Shown piece after piece: positions 29,110-39,115 of a DNA stretch of 64,000 nucleotides. Below the pieces are notes generated by a model. That model was not told the DNA's origin. It made no database searches and saw only the letters and a list, made by a program, of their open reading frames with translations. The translations under genes and the position numbers were made by a program. Location of the stretch: the NCBI GenBank assembly GCA_043745805.1, contig JAYTSD010000037.1, forward strand, positions 1 through 64,000, read 5' to 3'. Position 1 is the first letter of the stretch, and each line of letters opens with the position of its first letter. The stretch comes from Fibrobacteria bacterium. GTDB taxonomy: Bacteria > Fibrobacterota > Fibrobacteria > UBA11236.

Positions 29110-30912
29110 CTAAGCAAGGGCATCACGCAAAGCTTGCATATCTTTTTTCATTCTTTGAAAGGTGCTGTCTTCGGAAGGCTTAATGGCAAATTCGGCATAG
29201 TCTTCAAAAATGCCTTTACCTCTTTTGTCTTCGCGTTGTAAAGAAAGTAATACTTTATCAAGTAATTGATTTAAGCGATTTTTTTGTTGAGCAAGAAATT
29301 CATTTAATTGGGTAACGCCTAAAGCTTGTTGAATTTTTTCCAACCAACTTTTATCACTTTCTCGTATGCTAATATGCATTAAGGCAAAGATTAAAAAATC
29401 TTCATAGGCTTCTAAAGCAAGTTTTCGTCCATTTTCTGTGAGAAAGTTTTTTCCTAATCCAGGAATATCCGCTTCCAAATAGAGCGCTTTAATTTTCGCT
29501 GGCTTTAAGTTTGTATAGGCTTGTAAAACCCAAATTAAAATGGACGGCGCGAGAAAAGCATAGGCACAAGTGAAGTTGTGACGACGCGCACAATTCCGAT
29601 CTTCAAATTTATAGCCACTGCGAAATAGCGCATAAGCATTTTGACTCCATACCCAACCAGGATGAATTTCATTGAGAGCAGAAGATAAGCCGCTTTGTGG
29701 TTCGATAGGTTGATTAATCAAGGAAAACGGGAAACCCAATCTTTGTGGCAAAAGGGTGATGCCAGTAGCAAATAAAGAATAAGGCGCTTCACTAAAATTG
29801 GCGGGAAATTTTACCGAACAACCCAAACCAAAAAAATTACCTTCGCCCGGACGAATTTCTTGATCCGGTTTTTTGCCGGTATGATTACTGCCAATATTGG
29901 CACCATAACCGACATTTCCTTTTCCTTCTGGCCATAAGGCGGAGATGAGTAGTGATTGATGATGAAAGCCTACAAATGGACCTAATAGGCTGGCCTGCAC
30001 TTCGCCTTTAGCAATATGAGTATTCGGTCCAATCACACTATGCGCTACTTTGCCATGTAATTCTACTGAGCTATATTCCAATAAAGCACTTCTGGAGATA
30101 ATGGCACCGCTTTCGGCTTTGCATCCATATTGCAGTATGCTTTCTTCAATCAAAACATTTTCTCCAACATGCACTGGCTCTTCTTGCGAGGAAAGTAAAA
30201 TCGAATTTTTAATCGCGGAGGTTTTAATTAATTCGCTTCCTGCACCTATCCAGGTATTGTACAGGTTACCTATGGAAAGCATTTTAGCCTGCGCTCCAAT
30301 AAAACCAAAATCGGCACGCAAGCCAATGAATAAGTTTTTAATAAATATTTGCAAATCAATTTGTTTTTTGGGAGAGAGACGTAGCACTTCTTCGCAATAA
30401 TCAAGTGTCATGCCATCCCATAGCCATAGCGTGCGGGTTTTCATTTCACTGCCGGGATGCAAAGGCAGGGTTTGTCCAAAATCCGTGGCTAAATCACAGT
30501 GTAGAGTGCCTGCGCCTAAAATAAAAACACCGTCTTCAATCACTTGTCGGGAAAGTAAATCGATGCGATGTAAAGCAGCATTACCTATCACACAATTTTG
30601 GACACGACAAAAGCTTAATCCAGCAGGTAAATGTAAACCATTTGGCCCGTTAATATCGCCACGAAGGCCTTGTAAAAGTACATCGCCCATAAAAAAGTTA
30701 TGTTGCACGCGCTTAAAATCAAAATGACCGCCGATGCGAATGCGACTCCAGTCTTCACAAGTATTTCCTTGATTTTCTAGGCGTTCACGTTCCTCAAGGG
30801 ATAAAGATTTTCCGCTATGCAAAATTTTTGCTGTTGCTTGCAGCTTGGTGAATGAAGCTGCAAAATGACTTTCATGAAAGCCTTGCGTTAATCTTGATTT
30901 CAGTTGATCCAT
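29110..30912 (-). CDS. DUF4954-like left-handed beta-helix protein
   Basis: LENQGNTCEDW N-terminus, hexapeptide-like region, GPFVGFHHQSLLI, GANIGSNHTG. Confidence 0.7.
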   Translation of the reverse strand: MDQLKSRLTQGFHESHFAASFTKLQATAKILHSGKSLSLEERERLENQGNTCEDWSRIRIGGHFDFKRVQHNFFMGDVLLQGLRGDINGPNGLHLPAGLSFCRVQNCVIGNAALHRIDLLSRQVIEDGVFILGAGTLHCDLATDFGQTLPLHPGSEMKTRTLWLWDGMTLDYCEEVLRLSPKKQIDLQIFIKNLFIGLRADFGFIGAQAKMLSIGNLYNTWIGAGSELIKTSAIKNSILLSSQEEPVHVGENVLIEESILQYGCKAESGAIISRSALLEYSSVELHGKVAHSVIGPNTHIAKGEVQASLLGPFVGFHHQSLLISALWPEGKGNVGYGANIGSNHTGKKPDQEIRPGEGNFFGLGCSVKFPANFSEAPYSLFATGITLLPQRLGFPFSLINQPIEPQSGLSSALNEIHPGWVWSQNAYALFRSGYKFEDRNCARRHNFTCAYAFLAPSILIWVLQAYTNLKPAKIKALYLEADIPGLGKNFLTENGRKLALEAYEDFLIFALMHISIRESDKSWLEKIQQALGVTQLNEFLAQQKNRLNQLLDKVLLSLQREDKRGKGIFEDYAEFAIKPSEDSTFQRMKKDMQALRDALA

Positions 30913-30992
30913 AATTCTGCCTAGATAAATACTTTAACAGTTAAAGTAGCAAGCCACTTTAAGCTTAACTCATTTATTGTATTATTTTCATT

Positions 30993-31709
30993 ATGCCAGA
31001 GGCTTATGCTTTTTTTGATTTCGATGATACCCTCTATGAAGGAGATAGCCTTTTATTATGGTTTCGCTATTATTATCGTCATCGCCCTTGGCGCCGAATT
31101 TTCCAAATCGGTAATTTTTTGGGATTTTTACTGTATAGTTTAAGGTTAATTAAGGCCGCAGATTTAAAACGCCTATTTTTTTTACCCATGGCCTATGAGA
31201 ACTCGCAAACCTTGCATCGATTAGCGAAGGACTTTGCAGAAAAGGAATTACCGAAACGTTTTTATCCCGAGCTTATGGCACGATTAGCAAAGCATACGCA
31301 AAATGGGGATCAGATTGTGATTATCTCAGCCAGCGTGGAACTCTATTTATTGTATTTACAAATACATTTTCCGGGCGCAAAATTATTAGGGAGCAAAATG
31401 ATTTTCCCTAAAGGTTTATGGCGCTTGCCCTATTATGAACAAGGTAATCTCAAAGGCCAAAATAAAATAACCCGCTTACAATCCATGGCGGATATGCCTC
31501 GTAAGGGAAATAATTGCTATGCCTATTCGGATAGTATTAGCGATGAACCCTTATTACGTTTCGCAGAACATGCCATTGTGGTAGAGCCTGATACGAGCTT
31601 GCGCCTTTTAGCGGAAAAAAAAGGCTGGGAAAAAATAACCATCCAATGTTTGCGACCACGTTGGCGAAGGCGTTTGGAAAAGCTAAGGCTACTTCTGTTT
31701 TTCGCTTAA
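30993..31709 (+). CDS. HAD-IB family hydrolase
   Basis: FFDFDDTL motif I, IISAS, K, AYSDSISDEPLL motif IV. Confidence 0.88.
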   Translation: MPEAYAFFDFDDTLYEGDSLLLWFRYYYRHRPWRRIFQIGNFLGFLLYSLRLIKAADLKRLFFLPMAYENSQTLHRLAKDFAEKELPKRFYPELMARLAKHTQNGDQIVIISASVELYLLYLQIHFPGAKLLGSKMIFPKGLWRLPYYEQGNLKGQNKITRLQSMADMPRKGNNCYAYSDSISDEPLLRFAEHAIVVEPDTSLRLLAEKKGWEKITIQCLRPRWRRRLEKLRLLLFFA

Positions 31710-31725
31710 AATTCGTGCCTAAGGC

Positions 31726-33873
31726 TTAATTGATCATCACGATGGCCCCTTTAACGGTGGCCATAATATCGGCTTCCAAATTAGCCAATTTACCCGTTAC
31801 CTTGGTTTGCACGCCACCCTTTATATCCATATTCACGGTGGCTTCAATTTTGGTATTGAGGCCTTTCATGCTTGCTTCGGCAGTGCCTTCTAAGGTGAGA
31901 TTCTTTTTGGCTTTAAGACTTACATCTAAACCTTCGCCAATAATTTCTTTAGCGGCTTTAATATTGATGGCTCCAGATTTCGCTTCCATATTAATTTCTT
32001 TAGCCGAAATATCCAGTTTGCCTTTGGCGCTAAATTGCAAATCCCCTTCAGTAGTAATGGATATTTTGCTTCCACCGACATCAATTTGCAGAGAATGCTT
32101 GCCTTTACCATCTTGTAGAGCGATTAATTTTTTATCATCGTCCAGTTTTAATATGTGGCCATCTTTGGTTTGCACAGTCAGCGATTTAGAAGGATCATCC
32201 AAAGTGACTTGATGCCCATATTTGGTTTTCAAAACCATTTTGGAATTTTTATTATCGAGTAAAATGGTTTGTCCACTCTCTTTACTGATGATAAGAATTT
32301 GCTGTTCCTTATCATTAAAAACCAATTCATGGCCATCGGTGGTTTTCAAATGAATTTCTTTTTTGTCCGGATCATCATTCATCGACAATAAATGTTTACC
32401 CGTAGTGGTCACATCAAAAACCGTTTTACCTTCTTTATCATCTAAGCGCATTTGGTGACCCGAAGCGGTGCGAATCACATTTTCATTACGATTGCGACTA
32501 TTCACCGGGGAGACTGTATTAGGATTTGGCACAGCGCCCACAGCGATTGGTCTATCGGGATCCCCATCGACAAAGGACAAAATAATTTCTGTTCCATTTA
32601 ACAAAGGAAAATGCATTCCAAAATTAGAACCGGCATAAGGTTGAATTAAACGAATGGCCTTGGTGGCTTGACCTTTATTTTTATCTCCCAAATCAAAAGG
32701 CATTTTGGCGCGATAACGACCTTGATCATCTAGATATGCATATTTGCCTTCTTCGCCATCGACCTTTGCGGCAATCACACCATGGATAATTGGCTTTGGC
32801 GTTTTTCGTTCGGGACGAAACTGGGTATCGACGGGAATACAAGCAAAAGAATTACTGTATAAGCGATTAGGTGTTTTGTTGGCATGGGCCCCTTCGCGTT
32901 GATCACCATGATGATGCACTTCTAGCACAAGGTAATTTCCTTCAAAGGCGGGAACATGTGTGTCTTCCATCTTAAAGCGATAGCCAGAGCGCATAGGCCG
33001 ACAAACACTTTGACCTTCAAGAACAATTTTTTTGCAGGCAAAAAGTTCCGCATAAAGTTTTGCCAAACGATTTGCTTCATCTACGCTTTTAGTGTGCTGA
33101 CCAAATACATAATGTTCGCCTTGACCTTTTTGATTGGCATGGCCGATGACATTAGTGTCGGGGTAGCGATAATTATAATCTTTGACCATAGCATTACCCG
33201 TTACCATTTGTTGTTTGCGATGAACGGTAAAAATATAATCGTGTTCATCTTTGGTATTCATGTCCGTTTCGGGATAGAAACGAATAGTATCTTGGTGCGG
33301 AGTAGGTTTAATAGAAAGGGCTTGATTGGCTAAAACCAAAACACTCGCATCGCCTTCATGATTGAAAAAATAAAAAACACCTTCATCTTCCAATAGACGA
33401 TGTATAAATTGCAAATCACTTTCATTGTATTGCACCGTGTATTCGCGTTTGGGAAAATTATCCTTGGCATCGAATTTAAAATCGGCATCCGAAAAAGCAT
33501 TGTCTTTAAGGACTTCGGATACAATTTCTTTCACATCCATATTTTGGAAAACGCGGCTTTTGCTTCCATGAGCTAAAAGTTTAAATTTGGGCTCAAAAGT
33601 AATTTCATATTCCATGGCGCCATCGCCAATAGGCACTTGTTGATAATGCGTAACGATGCCTAAATGATGGGCATTTCCTTCAGATAAAAAAACCTTGAGC
33701 TTGACCGGCTTGCCCATAATTTTTTCATAATCGATATCGCCTTCTAAGCATATTGCGGTGATATGAAAGGAATAGCATTCCGAAATTTTTTCATGACCTG
33801 TCCAATCCAAAACCTTAAAAGTATCTGCAGGCAAATCGCCTACTTTTAAAGTGTAATGTGCTATTGCAGCCAT
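31726..33873 (-). CDS. vgrG: VgrG (T6SS/contractile-system spike protein), orphan
   Basis: GHEKISECYSF, SRVFQN, REYTVQYNESDLQFIHRLLEDEGVFYFF, KDYNY, LDDQGRY, GMHFPL..GTEI..SF..GDPDRP; gp5-like C-terminal repeats ending KGAIVMIN. Confidence 0.93.
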   Translation of the reverse strand: MAAIAHYTLKVGDLPADTFKVLDWTGHEKISECYSFHITAICLEGDIDYEKIMGKPVKLKVFLSEGNAHHLGIVTHYQQVPIGDGAMEYEITFEPKFKLLAHGSKSRVFQNMDVKEIVSEVLKDNAFSDADFKFDAKDNFPKREYTVQYNESDLQFIHRLLEDEGVFYFFNHEGDASVLVLANQALSIKPTPHQDTIRFYPETDMNTKDEHDYIFTVHRKQQMVTGNAMVKDYNYRYPDTNVIGHANQKGQGEHYVFGQHTKSVDEANRLAKLYAELFACKKIVLEGQSVCRPMRSGYRFKMEDTHVPAFEGNYLVLEVHHHGDQREGAHANKTPNRLYSNSFACIPVDTQFRPERKTPKPIIHGVIAAKVDGEEGKYAYLDDQGRYRAKMPFDLGDKNKGQATKAIRLIQPYAGSNFGMHFPLLNGTEIILSFVDGDPDRPIAVGAVPNPNTVSPVNSRNRNENVIRTASGHQMRLDDKEGKTVFDVTTTGKHLLSMNDDPDKKEIHLKTTDGHELVFNDKEQQILIISKESGQTILLDNKNSKMVLKTKYGHQVTLDDPSKSLTVQTKDGHILKLDDDKKLIALQDGKGKHSLQIDVGGSKISITTEGDLQFSAKGKLDISAKEINMEAKSGAINIKAAKEIIGEGLDVSLKAKKNLTLEGTAEASMKGLNTKIEATVNMDIKGGVQTKVTGKLANLEADIMATVKGAIVMIN

Positions 33874-33930
33874 AGGACCACCATCCGGTTAAGGTTTTCC
33901 TTTAAAATCTAATTTTTCCGAAGCTTAGTC

Positions 33931-33946
33931 TGTGACCACGGTCACA
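33931..33946. promoter_or_regulatory. CRP/FNR-family-type binding box upstream of vgrG
   Basis: Exact TGTGA-N6-TCACA (TGTGACCACGGTCACA), about 57 bp upstream of the vgrG start; extra GTCACA half-site at 33949-33954. Confidence 0.6.
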
Positions 33947-33981
33947 AAGTCACAAAAATATTATGCTGAAAAGGGCTCGAT

Positions 33982-35043
33982 TTAAATTTCCTCAGGAACT
34001 TGCATACTACTGCAATGAATGGCGCCTTGCCCAAATACTAAGGCCCTACAATCAATAGGGACAATTTTCCGATGGGGGAAATATTGCTTGAAGCATTCCA
34101 GCGTAGCTTGGTCACGGGCATCATGAAATACCGGAACTAATACGCCGCCATTGAGAATAAGAAAATTCAAATAGGTGGCTGGTGTGCGCAAATCGGCTTT
34201 GACCAAACGGGCTGGCATGGGAATTTCAATTACAGTTAAATTTCGTGATTGGGCATACTGTTTTAAAGCCTTTAAATTGTTTTGCAGTGGAGCATAATTT
34301 TCATCGAGCGGATCGGTTTCTACCGCACAAAAAATCGTACTTTCATTCACAAAGCGCGCTAAGTCATCCACATGTCCGTCGGTGTCATCGCCAGCGATGC
34401 CGCTTTCTAGCCACAAAACATCCGTAACACCTAGGTATCCGTTCAAAATTCTTTCAATGTCATCCCGATTATATTGGGGATTGCGATTTGGATTTAATAA
34501 ACATTGCTCAGTGGTGAGTAGTAGGCCTTTGCCATTCACATCAATCGATCCACCTTCCAAAACAAAATCAATATCTAACACTTCACGATCACGTTCTTGT
34601 GCCATGCGAGCAGGAACAGCATTGTCTTTATCCCAAGGTGGATATTTTCCACCCCAAGAATTAAAAGTCCAACTTAGGGTAATAAGTCGAGCGGTATCAC
34701 CCGTTACATTTTTAGCTTCTACGGTAATGCCACCATAATCACGAATCCAACTATCATTAGTAGGTACTTCCAATATATGCAGGGGAAAAGGTTTTTTTGC
34801 AAGGTCAGAGCCAAGTGCTTTTCGGGCCTCTTCTCGTTTCACCAAATTATTCACTAATAAATAGACGGGTTGAAATTCTAAAGCTGCGGAAATGAAGGCC
34901 ACATAAGCCATTTTTGCATCTTCCCAAACGGGCGTCCAAGTCTCTGCATTTTGTGGCCAAGTAAACCAGATGGATGCTTGTTTTTCCCATTCAGCGGGAA
35001 GACGTAAATTTTTATAAGGCGGATGAAAGGGTAAAGTTTTTAT
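33982..35043 (-). CDS. aguA: Agmatine deiminase
   Basis: RLPAEWE..WFTWP (upstream of the ORF-track start), DSWIRDYG, LEGGSIDVNG, DDTDGHVD, YLNF, GAIHC. Apparent non-canonical ATA start at 35043. Confidence 0.9.
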   Translation of the reverse strand: MKTLPFHPPYKNLRLPAEWEKQASIWFTWPQNAETWTPVWEDAKMAYVAFISAALEFQPVYLLVNNLVKREEARKALGSDLAKKPFPLHILEVPTNDSWIRDYGGITVEAKNVTGDTARLITLSWTFNSWGGKYPPWDKDNAVPARMAQERDREVLDIDFVLEGGSIDVNGKGLLLTTEQCLLNPNRNPQYNRDDIERILNGYLGVTDVLWLESGIAGDDTDGHVDDLARFVNESTIFCAVETDPLDENYAPLQNNLKALKQYAQSRNLTVIEIPMPARLVKADLRTPATYLNFLILNGGVLVPVFHDARDQATLECFKQYFPHRKIVPIDCRALVFGQGAIHCSSMQVPEEI

Positions 35044-35924
35044 ATGCCAAACCTTTGCAATATGCCGCCATAAGCATCTATGCGTCGGTCACGCAAAAAA
35101 GGCCAAATGCGACGAGTGGATTCAATATTTTCAGTTTTACATTCTTGCAGAATAAAGGCGTCTTCGCCAGCAGGTAAATGCGCGAGTACCTCGCCTTCGG
35201 GACTAGTAACAAAAGAGTTACCCCAAAATTCCAAGTGGCCTTCTTGGCCAATACGATTCGCAGCAGCGACATAAACATTATTAGCGACCGCATGGGCACG
35301 ATGCATTACGGTCCAAGCTTGCACTTGCTTTTCTTTTAAAATAACGCTTTCAGCGTCAGAAAGGCCTTCCGATTCTTTAGCGTCCCAACCTATGGCGGTG
35401 GGATAAACTAATAGCTCACAACCCTGTAATGCCGTAATGCGAGCGGCTTCGGGATACCATTGATCCCAACAAATTAAAACGCCAATTTTTCCATAGCGTG
35501 TGGTAAAACTTTTAAATCCCAAATCGCCAGGTGTGAAATAATATTTTTCATTAAAACCTGGATCTTCGGGGATATGCATTTTTCGATATAAACCTAAATT
35601 TGTTCCATCGGCATCAAACACTACTGCAGAATTATGATATAAACCCGGCGCCCGTTTTTCAAAAAAAGGCAAAATCAAAACGATTTTTTTTTCGGCGGCA
35701 AGGCTTTGTAAAGCTTTAACCAAAGGGGTTTGTAAATCATGCGCTAGATTAAAATGCTCTTGATTTTCAGTGATGCAAAAATAATTATGCAAAATAAGTT
35801 CGGACAATAAAATGATCTGCGCACCCGCTTCAGCACAAGCAGAAATCTTAGCCACTAAAGATTTAAAGCGTTCGGGTTGAGCGCAATTTCCTTGGGTTTG
35901 AATCACCCCTAATTTAAAGGACAT
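35040..35924 (-). CDS. aguB: N-carbamoylputrescine amidase (nitrilase superfamily)
   Basis: Catalytic E (SEL), K (YRKMHIP), C (ICWDQW); AAAGGAG RBS before ATG 35924; adjacent to aguA. Confidence 0.92.
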   Translation of the reverse strand: MSFKLGVIQTQGNCAQPERFKSLVAKISACAEAGAQIILLSELILHNYFCITENQEHFNLAHDLQTPLVKALQSLAAEKKIVLILPFFEKRAPGLYHNSAVVFDADGTNLGLYRKMHIPEDPGFNEKYYFTPGDLGFKSFTTRYGKIGVLICWDQWYPEAARITALQGCELLVYPTAIGWDAKESEGLSDAESVILKEKQVQAWTVMHRAHAVANNVYVAAANRIGQEGHLEFWGNSFVTSPEGEVLAHLPAGEDAFILQECKTENIESTRRIWPFLRDRRIDAYGGILQRFGI

Positions 35925-36032
35925 AGTTTCTCCTTTCGGAGGAGGAAAAGTAACAAAAAATAAAGGCCTTTTTTCGGGATTCGAAAAAAGGCCTATTACC
36001 ATTGTATTTCAAAGCGGGAAATGGGTCAGAGC

Positions 36033-37538
36033 TTAGGCGCTCGTGGGTGTGGTTGCTTTTAATTGCTCACGCTGCGCCTTCTTAATTTCTTTTACCAATT
36101 CAGCTTCCGGACGATTTTTATAATATTCATCCAGAGGGTAACATCCAGATTTCACACCATTACGCGGCGCGGTGGTACAATCCGAAAAGGTGCGGCAAAT
36201 AAATTTGGTTTCGAGTTCGCCGCGCTCCAAAGAATGCGCAATGATTTGCGGATAGGAAAGTACCATGCGACCAATACCAATGATATCCGCCCAGCCCTCA
36301 CGTACCAAGGCTTGGCCCACTTGGGGTAAAAATTCTTGTAAATAAGTTAAACCGGAACTGACCAAAGGAATACCCGGCGCACCGGCTTTTAATTCTTTCA
36401 CCACTTGCACTTGGCGAGCCAAATTAATCATGGGATCTTCAGCCGGTTGATAACCATCGGAAGGAGGATAAATGGCAGGACGTTGAATATGCGGATTATA
36501 ATATGGCGAACCACAGGAAATATTTACCGTCGCGACACCCCATGATTTCAACATATTTAAATACTGAATAGGTTCACGCAAGTCATATTCTAAAGGATTT
36601 GCAGGGTTTAAACCAAAACCATATTTATAGGGAAGCGCATGCGCAAATTCTTCCGGCATACCTGGACCTAAATTTCCTGGGGTAGCCAAAGCAGGATTAG
36701 GTTTAAAAGGCACAAAGTCAAAAGCACTTAAGCGCACACCAATGATTAAACGCGGAGCTACTTGTTGTATGCCTTGAATAATCTCGCGTGCGAAGCGCGT
36801 GCGATTATCTAAACTCTCGCCGCCATATGGGCCGGGACGGGTAAAAGCAGACAGAAATTCATGGCCCAAATAGCCATGACATTGCTTTACATCTATAAAA
36901 GGGATATTGGCTTTATCAACCAGTATTGCGGCTTTGATATAATGCTCAATTAAATTTTTAATATCATCATCCGTCATCACGGGATAATCCATAGGCAAAT
37001 TGAATTTGGGATTTAATACCGGATGCGCATACACCAATTTAGGTTCTAATTTCTTTTTGTCATTAGGACGGCAGAAGCGGCCTGAATGCGTAAGCTGTAA
37101 GCCCCAAAGTAAATCATCCGCCGTACCAAAGCGTTTAGCATGCGCTTCCAAAGCGACGTCGGCGGCTTTGCGAATATTACCTACCGTGTCAGGATTCATC
37201 ATCAATTGATTAGGATTTGCACGACCATCAGGACGCACGGCTACCGCTTCCATACCCCACAAAAACTTCGCGCCAGAGATACCAAAGCGCTCCCAGCGAC
37301 GAATCATTTCCTCAGTAGGTTGACCATCAGTAGTGGTATCCCAGCCTTCCATTGGATGAATGCAATAACGATTACCTACCTTAAATCCACCTATAGTTAG
37401 AGTTTGCGCCACAGGGGATTCGGGTGCCTTCAAAATAGTGTCATCAATTGGTAAATCGATGGCTAAAGCGGACAATCTTTCGCGCAAAGCTGCGGCTGTT
37501 TTAAAAGATGTCAGGCGTTTAATATCAGACATATTCAC
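36033..37538 (-). CDS. NADH:flavin oxidoreductase (Old Yellow Enzyme family)
   Basis: HPMEGWD, QLTHSGR, DVKQCHGYLGHEFLSA, YGG.SL.NRTRF, GIGR; C-terminal CRTFSDC cluster. Confidence 0.88.
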   Translation of the reverse strand: MNMSDIKRLTSFKTAAALRERLSALAIDLPIDDTILKAPESPVAQTLTIGGFKVGNRYCIHPMEGWDTTTDGQPTEEMIRRWERFGISGAKFLWGMEAVAVRPDGRANPNQLMMNPDTVGNIRKAADVALEAHAKRFGTADDLLWGLQLTHSGRFCRPNDKKKLEPKLVYAHPVLNPKFNLPMDYPVMTDDDIKNLIEHYIKAAILVDKANIPFIDVKQCHGYLGHEFLSAFTRPGPYGGESLDNRTRFAREIIQGIQQVAPRLIIGVRLSAFDFVPFKPNPALATPGNLGPGMPEEFAHALPYKYGFGLNPANPLEYDLREPIQYLNMLKSWGVATVNISCGSPYYNPHIQRPAIYPPSDGYQPAEDPMINLARQVQVVKELKAGAPGIPLVSSGLTYLQEFLPQVGQALVREGWADIIGIGRMVLSYPQIIAHSLERGELETKFICRTFSDCTTAPRNGVKSGCYPLDEYYKNRPEAELVKEIKKAQREQLKATTPTSA

Positions 37539-37687
37539 TCCGGAAGGAAAAAAACCTCAAATTTCAATTATACTGTCAAGCCTATATATAAGGTCATAAT
37601 ATAGCACGAAAGTATAAAAACGCATTGCATTTTTTAAAAAAGGGGTATATTTTCTTCATAAATAGTTTTTTTAAGAAAAAGACCACT

Positions 37688-39100
37688 ATGCATCAGGCTC
37701 CTAAATTAAAAGTTCAAGATATTCATGTTTTTGCGCGGCAAATTAATACTCGTATGCCTTTTCGTTTTGGAAAAGCCGTACTGACGGAAATGCCGATTAT
37801 CCATGTAAAGCTCACTCTACTGAATGAAAGTGGCGAAACCGTCATTGGGGCTAGCGCAAGTGGAATTCCTCCGCTATGGTTTGATAAAGCTCCAGGCCGT
37901 ACTCATGATCAACAAGTTTCTGATTTATTGCTTTCGTTACGCATTGCTTCCGACCTATACATTGCAAGTAAATCCGCTTCATTATGGGATTTGCATAAAA
38001 GTGTGGAATCCGAAATCCGTCAACGCTGTAGGGTGACGGGTTTGAATGCACTCACTTCTGGATTTGGTATTGCCTTAATGGACAATGCCATGGTCGACGG
38101 CCTTTGCCGCTTAACGCGTAAAACCTTTCATCAGATCTTGCGTCAAGATTTATTGGGTTTAGGGGATGACTTTACCAAATGGGTGCCAGAAGCGCCTTTG
38201 GCTAGCATTGCCTTGCGTCATACGGTAGGCTTAGCAGATCCTATTTTTACTAGCGACATTGAAAAGCCATTGCGCGATGGCTTACCCGAGTCCTTAGAAC
38301 AAGTAGCCGATCAGTATCGTGCACGTTACTATAAAGTTAAAATTTCTGGGGATACACCTGCTTCTTTAGCCCGCATGGGTCAAATTGCAAAAGTGCTTGA
38401 TGAAAAGGCAGGTGACTACAAAGTTACCCTCGATGGCAATGAACAATTCGCCACCATGGATGCTTTTCTAGAATTTGTTAAAGCCGCGGTGGCGGAAAAA
38501 TCTTTGGCGGGTTTTTGGGATCGCATTTTGTGGATTGAACAACCCGTAGAACGTAGCGCAGCCTTGGATCCTGCTAAGGTGCAAGCTGCCTTGCAGGAAA
38601 CTAATAAATATAAACCGGTCATTATTGATGAAAGCGATGGCGATGATGAAAGCGTTGCTTTAGCTCTATCTTTAGGCTATAAAGGGATATCCGCTAAAAA
38701 TTGTAAAGGGGTTTTTCGTACCTTGCATAGCTATCGCTATTTAAAAGAATCGGGACAAAGCGATTTAATTTTTTCCAGTGAAGATTTAACCAATGTTCCT
38801 ATTTATCCTTTGCAACAAGATTGTTGTGTGGCCGCAGCCCTAGGTATTACGCATACCGAACGTAATGGCCATCATTATATTCGTGGCTTTCAATTTTTAT
38901 CTGCTGCGGAACGCGATAGTGCAGAGAGAGAGTTTCCTTCTTTATATCGCCCAGGCGCTGATGGTGTTTCAGTGTTACGTATCGAAAACGGCAATCTTTC
39001 CATGATAGACATCAACCGGTACGGTTATGGCACGCGTAGCTTGCCTGACTGGCCAAGTCTCAAACCCGTCTTATTACCGGATAGACGAGAACCCCTCTAA
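37688..39100 (+). CDS. Enolase-superfamily (mandelate racemase-like) enzyme
   Basis: RMPFRFG, YKVKI (KxK), LDGNEQ, IEQP, IIDESD metal-ligand pattern. Confidence 0.8.
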   Translation: MHQAPKLKVQDIHVFARQINTRMPFRFGKAVLTEMPIIHVKLTLLNESGETVIGASASGIPPLWFDKAPGRTHDQQVSDLLLSLRIASDLYIASKSASLWDLHKSVESEIRQRCRVTGLNALTSGFGIALMDNAMVDGLCRLTRKTFHQILRQDLLGLGDDFTKWVPEAPLASIALRHTVGLADPIFTSDIEKPLRDGLPESLEQVADQYRARYYKVKISGDTPASLARMGQIAKVLDEKAGDYKVTLDGNEQFATMDAFLEFVKAAVAEKSLAGFWDRILWIEQPVERSAALDPAKVQAALQETNKYKPVIIDESDGDDESVALALSLGYKGISAKNCKGVFRTLHSYRYLKESGQSDLIFSSEDLTNVPIYPLQQDCCVAAALGITHTERNGHHYIRGFQFLSAAERDSAEREFPSLYRPGADGVSVLRIENGNLSMIDINRYGYGTRSLPDWPSLKPVLLPDRREPL

Positions 39101-39115
39101 AGAAAGGCAATTTTA

